This document shows positions 53,300-64,000 of a DNA stretch of 64,000 nt, one piece after another (the first letter of the stretch is position 1; each line of letters starts with the position of its first letter). The translations under genes and the position numbers were made by a program. Origin of the DNA: Camelus dromedarius (lineage: Eukaryota). The DNA is taken from contig NC_087436.1 in NCBI RefSeq assembly GCF_036321535.1, forward strand, positions 61,196,001 to 61,260,000, written 5' to 3'. The notes beneath the pieces were generated by a model. It ran no database searches. It saw only the letters and a program-made list of their open reading frames with translations, and was not told the DNA's origin.

Positions 53300-53550
53300 A
53301 CATAATAATAGCTGTAGTTTATTGTGCTAGGTTTTATATATACATATAGTCATAAAGATATATATATAGAGAGAGAAAGAGTAATTTGCAAAACAACTCT
53401 ATAAAGAAAGTATTATCCCCATTCTAAAGTGAGGAAACTAAGGACTAGAAAGGTTAAGAATGTTGTCCCAGGTCACACACAAGAGGTAAAACCTGGCTTT
53501 GAACCAGGTTATCTGACTTCCAAGATGCTGCCTTTAACCATGTCACTCAA
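53300..53550 (-). mobile_element. MIR SINE
   Basis: 'tattatccccatt..gaggaaactaagg..aggttaag..ccaggtcacac..tctgacttccaag'. Confidence 0.8.
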
Positions 53551-54239
53551 CACCTCCCACTTCAGCAAGCCAACTTGAGGCAAATTAACCTTTCTTTAAA
53601 GTATAGAAATTGAACTAGATAAAGAAGTTGGACTAAATTAACTCTAAACTTTCTACCTTGGACATTCTGTAAGTGATCTTCCTCTTAGACATTGCCAATT
53701 ATGAGCAATAGTATTATTTAGATGAAGTCATTATGTTATATTTGGTTTATATTTCATTTTCTTTATGGGAAGCAATAAAGAATCAAAGTTGCTGGATAGG
53801 CAAATAGTGAATGATAAGGATAGGGATTTTAAAAAGCGCAGACATTGGAGCCTAAGGTAGCTGAAGGCTAGTCCCAGCACTGACAGTCACTACATAGGTT
53901 AACTAACATTTCTGAGCTCCAATTTCCTTATCTGACGAACTGGGATGATGATATACAACTTGCAACATGAAAATTAGAGATAATGTTTAAGTTTTAGATT
54001 TTCATTGCTGTCAAATAAATATTACCATTAATATCATTATTATTTTCATCAACATTGTAATTACACATCACTATTACTGTCAGAACCAACAATATTAATG
54101 ATAGACAAATGGGAACATGGTGTAGTTTCTTGTGACATCCACTTTAAAAATGGTCTGAACTGGAGAACTGATTCACACTTAAAACACTGGGTCAGAGCTG
54201 AGTGAATAGACAATAAGTAGTTGAATATAATAATATTTA

Positions 54240-55690
54240 CTAATTCATACAACAAATACTAATTGAATATCTACTCATGGCTATGTTACTGTTTTAAACC
54301 ATGGATTTAAAAATAAATTAAAAAGTTCTGGTGGTCACAATAACATTTTAGTGGGAATAGTAGGAATAAATATAAATTATGTCAGTAGAGATTAGGGCAG
54401 TGATGAAGAATAGAAAAGAGTAAGTGGAGAGAGTGCGAGTTTCTGTGTAAGGAACTTTTTTATTTATACATTGGTCAGGGTGAACACTATCGGTGATGAC
54501 ATTTGGAAAAAGACCCAAAGAGGGTGAAGGAGCAAATGATGCAGACATCTGAGGAGCATTCCATGCAAAGGGAACAGCATGTGCTAAGACTCTGAGGTGG
54601 AAATGTGCTTCAGTGCTTAAAGAAGAGCAAGGAAGCCAGTGTTTCTGGAGCACAGTGAGCCTGAGAAGAGCTTGAAGAGATAATATCAAAAAGATAGCTA
54701 GATTCCATCATATTGGTCATGTAGGCTATTACAAGATTTTTGGCTTTTCTTCTGAGTGAGATTGGAAGACATCAGAAAGATTTAAGCAAAGTAGTGACAT
54801 ACTCTGATGTATTTAAAAAGACTACTTTGGCAGTGGTTTGGGAATAGACAGTAGGTAACCAAGAATGGAAGGATGGAGACAAGTTAGGAGACTATTGAAA
54901 TAAATGTGACAATTTTACGAAAATGTTTTAATAATCCAGATAGCTTTAACAATATGGTAGCAGTGGAAGAGATAAGTTGTTGGAGCTCCGATAAATTTTC
55001 AAGGTGCAGATGAGATGATTTGCTGATAAATTAGTAGTAGTACATGAGAGAGGATGAGGAGTCAAGGATGACACTAAGGTTTTTAGCCTGAGCAACTGGA
55101 AGGATGAAATTAACATTTTTTTGAGAAGGAGAACAATGGGAGGAGTACTTTTGGTGGTGGTGTTGAATAAAAATCAGTAGTTCAATTTTGAATATGTTAA
55201 GCTTGAGAAACTTATTATGTATCCAAATGGAGACACCAGTAAGAAGCTGAGTAAATGATCTAGAGTTCAGAGGTAAACGATGGTGTAGAGATACAAATTT
55301 GGAGACATCAATATATACAGTATTTAGAGATATGGAACTAAATGAGATCACCCAGGAAGTGAACAGCAATAGAGAAGTTCAAGGACTGAATCCTGGGATT
55401 TGCCAGTGTTTGGATGTTGGGAAGATGAGAAGGAACAAAGGAGACTGAGAAATAACAACCAGTAAAGTAGCAGAAGACTTGAGAGGCAGTGACTTGGAAG
55501 ATAAGCACAGAAAGTGTTTCAGGAAGAAGATGTGTTGAATAAGATAAGGATTGGGAAATGACCACTGGGTTTTACATCCCAGTGGTTGATAGCTTTGGCT
55601 GCAGTGCGTATTAGGATTTAAATCCTAATTGGAACAGATTCAAGAGAGAATGAGAGGAGACAGAATATTTAAACTTTTTTGAGTAGAAAA
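54240..55690 (-). mobile_element. Long L2 (L2a-like) fragment
   Basis: 'ggagtcaaggatgacactaaggtttttagcctgagcaactggaaggatg','ttttgaatatgttaagcttgag','aatttggagacatca','atgagatcacccagg'. Confidence 0.85.
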
Positions 55691-55703
55691 ATTGGTGCTG
55701 CTG

Positions 55704-55704
<1 letters not shown>

Positions 55705-55777
<73 letters not shown>
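55705..55777. repeat. (TG)n(AG)n compound microsatellite
   Basis: Direct reading. Confidence 0.97.
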
Positions 55778-55782
<5 letters not shown>

Positions 55783-57152
55783 ACAATTGCATGATGTACC
55801 TGACTAGGTGATAGGGGATGGATGGCCTGTGATAAGCACACATACAGCTAGCACACATTCAGCTCAGGGAGCTAATCAGATTGTAGAAATCAGGGATCTA
55901 TTACAAAAAGTCATGTGAGTAAAGATAGAGACACAACTACAGCTCCAGAATCAAGAAACTACAATAGCTGGGGCAGCTTTGCCTTTGATCCAGAAGCTTC
56001 TTTGGATACAGCAAATTGGGAGGTCCAAGAGAGAAGGCACATGCAATATTTGATTACAATCAGGAATGCATGGGCAAGAATTTAGGTGCTTTCTGGATTC
56101 TTGCTGCCATACCGATAATGCATCAACATCCTCCTGGTCAGGTGGCATCTGTCTTCACTTTTACAGTTCATTACCTTTTTGTAAGTTTCCTGAGAGCAGG
56201 GACAATACCTTATATCTCTGTACATCTACCTCTGGCTTCTACAGTGCCTTGTACACAGTAGCTGCTGAATAAATGTTTGTAAAATTGAATTGAAAATACT
56301 CAGTACTAAAAGTAGATGTATACTGGGCCAAAGTAACAAATTGAGAAGTGGAAAACTGAGCCTTCCAGTCATCAAGAACCCTTATAACCAATTACTTTTC
56401 AATTAACTGGATTTGACTATATTGACTGGTTTATCTAGAGTTGTTACGAGACTTCATGGACAACTGTGCATTGAATGACCTCTTCCAGGTTTCCCAACCA
56501 TTTTCCAAAGAGTATTTGGAGGTTTTCTTCCCAGCTTCTGTGTTTCAGTAGAAGTAATACACTTTTACTACTAAATTGCAGAACGTATCTATTTTGTAAC
56601 AGCAAAGCAGATCAATCACTGATATTTCTATTATTATTATTTACAACATTCTAAATGGGAGGGAGCAGGGAGAGGAGTGAAATGTAAAGCAAAGAGTTTG
56701 CGAATGAAGCAGAGCCCCAGATATGAGCTCCCTCTGTTTGTTACCAACTCTGAGATTTGGGGCAAGACACTTAGGTTTCAAGTGTCAAAGTCCTCTGCTA
56801 TAAATTATAATAATACCTGTCCTGTTGATTTCACAGATTACTGTGAAGAGCAGATGAAAATGGTTGGAGAAAGATAAAGCAGATGCTCCTGTGCTGGGGT
56901 ACACGGACAGGCTTCATGTGTGTTCAGGAACCTCCTAAAACTGAATGCAAAATTTGCCTTTATGAATTTTTGCATTTTCTCTCTAGATTCTCAAAGGTTT
57001 CTTGTCAAGATTCTCAAAGGATTTTGTGACAACATTGCTGAAAAGAAATAATAGCAGAGTTGATATTATTTGCTCTGGCCAGGTGCACTATCCCTAAATT
57101 ACAATAATATTTTCTGTGTCCAGATGAGGGTTAAAAATTGCATTGCATATGG

Positions 57153-57331
57153 TAGTGGTTCTCAGTCTTCAGTGTGTATCAGAACCACATGGAGGACTTG
57201 TTGGACTTTTGGGCCCCACCCCCAGGATTTCTAATCCGGTTGGTTTCAGGTGGGAACTGTAAATCTACATTTCTGAAAAGTTCCCAGATGCTGCTGCTGC
57301 TGGTCTACAGCCCATATTTTTAGAGTCACTG
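57153..57331. mobile_element. MER5A hAT MITE
   Basis: 'agtggttctca..tcagaaccacatggagg..gggccccacccccag..atgctgctgctgctggtc..tttagagtcactg'. Confidence 0.85.
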
Positions 57332-60014
57332 GCATAAAGTATAGGTGAGCTCTGTAGGTATTTAGTAAGCAGGTTATTGGGGAAGTTTTGATTTTCAGGG
57401 AGAGTGTAATGTCTTTGAATAGATAGTGGTAATGGTCTCTACTTTGGTCTTCTTTGTTGAAAAGAAAAAATAAGTTTCTTTGCATTTTTGGTAGTGTGTT
57501 ACTAAAGCTGACTGTCTTCTTTCTTGAGCAGCATGCCACAGCTGAACAGCTCTTAACATCTCTTTTGGGGGCCAAAATGGTGTAATATTCTATCTGACAA
57601 TATGCCTGCTATTTCCCTGCTGATCTCACAGAGTGGCAGAGTAAGAGCCTTGTGTCTCAAGTCCAGGAACTGTTGATGGCTGCCATGAGGGCTGAATGGA
57701 CTCTTTAACTGATGAAGTCTCAGGGTTTTCTGTAAAGCCTTTAGAAGAATTTGAAAATAAATTTCCTTTTGAAAGAGAAGGAAAGAGGCTTTTGGAAATA
57801 AGTACCTTTTGAAGATGTTTCCATCACTGGTGAACAGGGAGCAAGGAATTGAAATATAAGTGCCACTTGTTGTTTGGATTTTTTGCTGTGGAACATGGTT
57901 CACATTACCTGCCCTAATGTTTTCATTAGGAGGAGGATGCACACACATTTTACATGGCTGTCTTGGACAGCAACAAAGAAAACTGGCAAGTAGCATAGAG
58001 ATAAAAGTGCTAACTAGCAGCACCCAGGATGAGAAACACTTGGGCAACACTTAATACTGTGAAGCAGGACAGTGTGTTTTAAACCCTGCCGACAATGTGC
58101 TGTATGAGAGCTACATTTGGCTAATTTCATCCTCACAAGTACTGTTTTTCAAAATCTCACTTCTTGTTACTCTAATTTTCTCAGGCCTGCCTTCATCTTC
58201 ATTTTCTGTTTGCCTTTAATCCTTTAATATATTCTTCTTATTTTTATCTGACTGTTCCAAATACTTAATATTTGGAGAAACTCTTTTTCAGTCAGATCTG
58301 GTACCTGTCATGGAACAGTAAATAATCATAGTATTATAGATTAGATTTTAAAAAGGCCATTTAAGTCACATCAGTGCTAGCCATATTAATATCTAAGATG
58401 CCAAGGGGCTTTCACTCTATGGAACTCAGAGGAGACTGAAATGTCTTAATCCTTCAAATGTGGAAGCAGAAGAGGAGAGATCATTTTCACTTTTACGTGA
58501 GCAAAACTTGTCTGTCCAAGGGCATGCAGAGTCCTAGAAACACTGAGTAAAAGGAACGGAGCTGGCAGACAGTTTGCTGGTTGCGGGCAATCTTGTCTGT
58601 TTGCCTGAACAAATTTCTTCAGTGCCCCCAACACTTATCCCCTTCAAAATCAATTGGGACTTACAAGAACTTGCAAACTGTTTTTAAACAAGTCAGAGCT
58701 AGAGCATTAAAAATGGTGAATAGCTGTAAATACCAGAGAAATAGTGTATGGGTAAAACTGCAGATGTTTATGCAGTAGTTTTGGTTCCAAACATTCCCAT
58801 TTCTCAAGGCATTTGAATATTTTTGGTTTACAAAATACTTCCACTTGTTTTTTTAATGTTAGAAGTGTCTACATTTTTATAACTCCTACTAAGGTATCTT
58901 ATGTTCATTACTGTTTCCATAAAAGCTAGTGATTTGGTGACAGTGGTGCACTTTATGAGCTGTCGTGGGATATGCTATATATTATGTTAAGGCGAGGAGG
59001 GAGAAGATGACAAACAAATCATGAAGTTGTCCATTTTTCTAGACAATTTTACATCTGTTTTCCTCATTTTTAAAAACATTTTAAATGATCTATGTGTTTG
59101 GCAAAGTAAAATGTTTGTGTTGCTTTTTCATGCTTGGTGCAATTAAGGACTGTGTTCTTATGAAAACATACATTTCACATTTTTTTCTTTTAAATCAAAC
59201 AGTGAAGAAGAGATTTGGATGCTCATTCTGGTTGTGTTATTAAAGAACTGAGTCATTTCTGAGTCTCTTTCTCTGTTATAAAGAAATAATAGTACTAAGT
59301 ACCTCAGATCTGGGTATAATATGGACTCCAAGATATTGGAGAATGAGGCAAAGTGATTTGTACTTACCACATTGCCTATGTGGTATTTGGGTTACTACTA
59401 GGGTATAGTCGTCATCATAAATAAATACGTTGGTATTTTAGTGTATCAATCTATTTATGGAATTTTGGTTAATACAACATAATCCCACTTGGACCTGACC
59501 ATTCTTGGGCAAATTTAGTACAAAAATAAAGGAACATTGTAAAGTTAAATTTAAAGATTTAGATTTAACTGTGTAAGTGTTCGAAACTTTCATACCTAAG
59601 TGATCACCATAATCAAAATTTAAAGAAAAGTGATATGTTGGGATAAAATGTTTATAACTACTGTAATGGCTAAATGATTAACAGCCTCAGTGCATAAAGA
59701 GGCCTTAAAAATCAGTAAGAAAAACTTTCAGATTACAAGAGAAAAAAGAACAGAAGACATGCATAGTCCATTCACATAAGAAGAAAATTAATGGCAAATA
59801 AGAATGAAAAAACATCAAATTTTACCAATAATCAAAGACTTATGAGCCAAAATCAGACACCATTCCTTTTGATCAAATTGGCAAAGATTTTAAAGGCTAA
59901 TATTTAATTCTTAGTCATTTGTTCAATACAAATGGCTTTCCCTGCAAATTTAGGGTGGCCCTGAGATTTTAGAATGTGTACCATTGTAGCATGCTACCAT
60001 TTTCTTCCTGGGCA

Positions 60015-60240
60015 ATGCAGTAGTGGGGGATGAGACGAAGCTTTGGAACCAGGCACTGTAAGTTAGATTCCCAGCACGCCTATCTACAGTTTGGCCTTGA
60101 AGAGGCTGTCAGTTCTTAAACCTCTGAGCTTCTAATTTCTCTTCTGTAAAATGGGGTAATGCCTAGTTTGCAATTATTGTGAACAGGCAATGAAACTAGT
60201 AATGCTTCTAGAAAATAGTAGCTGCCTAATAAATGGTGGC
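60015..60240 (+). mobile_element. MIR SINE
   Basis: 'aacctctgagcttc..tttctcttctgtaaaatgggg'. Confidence 0.7.
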
Positions 60241-62449
60241 TCTTCTGTCATTTTTAGACTTTTCTAGAGTGTCAAACGTGGAATTTCAAAATTTGTATTT
60301 TGTAATGCAAAAGACCATTCAGAGTAAGTGTCAGATACAAATACTGGCTCATCAGTAAATCCCAGGCTGCTTTATGCTATGAAACATATGATGGTGTGAC
60401 TCTGGATGTCACTTGTTTCTAAATAATAGGGAACTTTTTTTTTTTTTTAGACAATAGGCATCTTGAAATTTTTTTCCCCTATCAATAGTCCATACTGGAT
60501 TTTGCAGCACAAAATATAAAATTCATGCAGAACAGAGTGAGACAGACTAAGCAGGAGACAGAGGCATCATACAAAAAGACAAAACCTATCCCCTGGGTAA
60601 CAGGTCGATTTCCCTTAGAAGGAATTTTACAGATACACACAGGAGGATAACCCAGTCTATTACATAGCTATCTGCAGTAGCAAGTGAGGAATGAGTCTCT
60701 CTAGAGTAGAGAAATGCATTTGATGAGGCTGCTGTTCAAAGTTCAGTTAAAATGTAAACTCTGAATAACTGAGGATGGAGAGACGGAGACAGGTTCTGAT
60801 ACCAGTAAGCAGCTTATGTGTGTGGTTCTGGAAGAGCTTGGAGCACCGAACAAGGTGGCCCAGGCAAGACCAAGTCAGAAAAGCAGCAGGCAACTTCTGC
60901 CAGGAAGAGGTTTTTGTGCTTGTGCAATGATGAACAATTGGAATTAACAATACACCAAAATGCTTACAGCTTAGTCTGGGTATGTGTAGCCTCAGTATCT
61001 ACTAGCTCAATATTATCCTGCCTGATTCATAACAAGACTTTAGATCTCCCTCATCCAAAATGTTTCTTCCTTATTTTGGGGAGTCTTCACAGAATGGTAG
61101 TCAGTTGCCTAAAGTCACTAGCATTAACTTCTATCCATGAGCTTCTTCTTCTCCAGTACTGGCTGCCACTTTTATACACCTGCTGCCTGTAGACCCTTTG
61201 GAGAGGGACTTAATTGCTGCACTGACATCATGAGAATTCAGTGTTGACATGAAGAATGATGTCTCTTAGGCACCAGAACTGAGCTGGATCCCAGTGGAGG
61301 CTGGACAAAGGGCCTCCTCATCTCAACCATACTCTTCCAGTTCCCTGAAGGAGATCTACTTGTGCTCAGTGAACCCAAAACCTGTCCAAGGGACCCTAAT
61401 GGACAGTGGCCCAGCTCTGGTCAGTGTATGTTCTGTGTCTTCCTTTATAGTTCCCTCACCTCATCAAAACGTCCTCTCTCCTCTTCCATGTATAACCATT
61501 CCTCTCCCCTCATCTCATCCCATAGTGGCCCTACAGGATGCTAATGGTACTGCATGTGAGTAGGGGCGTGGTCTATACCCCAAATGCCTACCTAGCTAAG
61601 TCTAAGCCTGCTTAAGTTAACTCTTAGGAAAGGGCTCATTCACTCCGCAGTGTAAAAAACAGCCATTCTCAGTGTCAGTTTCATTGTCATAAAGTTTTCA
61701 AGAAAAGAATCTGTATTGTAATAGAACAAACTGTAAACCCCAACGAGAAATTAAAAGAAATGTTCTGCTTCCTGGGGCTGGCTGACCAGTTTGACAGGTC
61801 CCCACGTCTTCCAGAAGGGATTGAGCAAAACTTGTTTTAGGCTGGGTTTGCCACACATTCTCCATGCTTCCGAATAGGTTATACTTTTTGATACTCATTT
61901 TTTTTTTAGCTTACAATTTTCCTCAGATAACAGTAAGCAGTTTCTCATTTCCTTCCTCCTTTGATATATGATCTTTCAAATATTCATAGATGTTTTCCTT
62001 ACCTTTTTGTTGTGAACCTGAGATATTTATCTTCAGTCCTTCAATCACATCGTTTGTGCTATTCTGAGTTCTTGTCCAAATGTATGGCAGCTGGAAGTTT
62101 GTAGAGTCTGGCTCCCAGAGTGGGATAAGGAAGTAAAAAGCTTTTGGGCAAATGGCCTTGGGGCTTGCAGCCATGGGCAGTAATGGTTTCCTCCTGACTG
62201 TCACTTCCCTGGGTCTGAACCTCAGTTCAGGTTTTCCTATTCTTCCCACTCCAGAAATAGCAAAGCTTTGGCATGTAAGGGAAGGGAGCTATCTTTTTGT
62301 TTTTTTCATGCATCCCAGGTTCTTGGGAGGGAGCTTCTGAACCCTTAGAATTTCCTATTTGATAGGAGTGTCTTTGTTAGTCACTGTAATATATATATAT
62401 TTAGTTTATATTATATACATTATTTATATATTATATATATCTAAGATAT

Positions 62450-62840
62450 ATTTAGTTCAATCCTTACAATAACCATTTTATTAGATAATATTATTATTCC
62501 TTTTCTATAGGTTAAATAACATAGAGGCACAGGGAAGTCAATAATTTGTCTTAAATCACACAGCTGAAAAATGGTAGAGTCAAGATTTGAACCCAGGCAG
62601 GCTGGCTGTGGAGTTCATGTTCTTAATCTCTAAGCTATACTGCATCACAGAATTGTGACACTAGCTAACATATTTGGGACAATTGCTATGTGCAGGCATA
62701 ATACTTGCCTGCATTAATATATTTAATCTCCACAACAGTCTATTCTAGGGACTATTAGATGATGAACGTAAAGTATAGAGAGGTTAAATACTTGCCCAAG
62801 ACCAGCAGGTTAGTAAGTGGCAAAACTAATACCCAGTACT
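62450..62840 (-). mobile_element. Two adjacent MIR SINEs
   Basis: 'agaggcacagggaagtcaataatttg..gatttgaacccaggcag' and 'agagaggttaaatacttgcccaag'. Confidence 0.75.
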
Positions 62841-64000
62841 TTGTAAAAAAATTATCCCAGTTCTCTAATTTGCTTGAGGGAGCATGTTTAGGTGACAAGA
62901 CTAGCAATGGGAGGGTAGATTTCACTCTGTGGTTCCAGAGGGACATTGCTAAACCTTGTGAAAGAAAAGAAGAGAGGCAAGCAAGGATACTACAAAGAAT
63001 CACTTACATACACACCTAAGAGACACCCAAAACAGTGCGTAGATGGGGAGACAGTCCCTGAGTTACCTGTGTCCCGCATTAGAATAATAAACCCCCCATC
63101 CACATGGTAAAATGTGTCAAGGAGCCCCTTTTCAGCCTAGACTCTGAGAAGATTGTCAAGTGCCCCAGTAATCCTCTTGTTTCTGCTTCTCCTGGTAGCC
63201 GAGAGGCAGATCAGGCTACATTTTTGCTAAAGCTGGTCATTCTGAAGTTTGTTCAGACATGTGATGGTGTATTTCTTCCTTAAGTCATTATGCTATGGAT
63301 GGGAATTACTGACTTACACCCTCTCTGCCATATCTTTTCCACTTTCACAGCTTCTGTTTACAGATCCTAGGGGATCAAACCTTTTACAAAACTGCAACTC
63401 TTCTCAACAAGCTTTTACTATGAAAGGCAGAGGCACAATTCTTTAAAAGTATGCTTTTTAGTTGTTTCATTTTGAGAGAGAAAGAATAAACTATCAATAA
63501 CTTTTACATGGGTGTGTGCACAGATAATTATTTCCCTAAAAAGTAATAGAGACAACAAAGTATGCCTGGTGGGGTGCACAGCAATGTGCTGGCAGTATTG
63601 ATCTGGGGACTGCAAGCTTGTTACCAGGTAAGAAATTAAAAAGAAGGACGGCACAATTCACTCATTCTCGGCATGAGTTTGTAGCATCTGTGCTCTGGGT
63701 TCTGCGCTGGCTTCCCATCTGCTAGGGGACGCAATTCAAGGAGTCAAGGTGGAGATTGTGGTCTATGGGCTCATGGTGATTGGATCCTCACTCCTAAACT
63801 ATGCCCCCTCTCTTTCTTGGCAGGGGCTGGTGACAGCTGAAATGCTGGAGTCCTCTTGGGGAGAATTCTATACTGGGACTCTTCAGGCAGGGAGGTCCCA
63901 GGAGAGGGCCATCAGAAGTAGAATAGATTCCCTGTTATCCCGCAGTAACCTAAATCTGTTGACTTTTCTGGCCCCTGGCAGAGCTGTCAAGCACTAATGT

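Noticed and set aside
57553..58050. 165-aa minus-strand ORF as a gene
   Set aside because: Non-ATG start, no recognisable domain or splice structure, and composition typical of random AT-rich frames.
1..64000. Prokaryotic-type systems (CRISPR, operons, rRNA/tRNA) or a named host gene
   Set aside because: The sequence is mammalian and repeat-rich. I saw no such arrays, RNA genes or recognisable coding exons.

Overview
AT-rich, CpG-depleted eutherian genomic DNA. I found no recognisable protein-coding exon, RNA gene, CpG island or prokaryotic feature, so this is most likely a large intron or intergenic region. It is dense in old repeats (MIR, L2, MaLR/ERV LTRs, hAT/TcMar MITEs, old L1M) plus younger L1 insertions. 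The L1 3' ends look cetartiodactyl, probably camelid (recalled L1 tail motif; I saw no ruminant, pig, cetacean, primate or carnivore SINEs). That assignment is inference. The ORF track is noise except for decayed L1 ORF1/ORF2 fragments. The most interesting structure is at 39.5-42.7 kb: a TSD-flanked, ORF1-only ('half-L1'-like) retroelement inserted into an MLT1 LTR. It carries an internal cassette of antisense L1 ORF2 pieces with a strong T>C (minus-strand A>G) skew, consistent with a retrotransposed ADAR-hyperedited RNA. Other notes: a MER41-like solo LTR with STAT-type motifs, several minimal TPRT footprints, a triple-nested MaLR stack, a perfect hairpin and a few weak candidate exons. Repeat family names are by-eye recognition, and boundaries are approximate unless TSDs are quoted.
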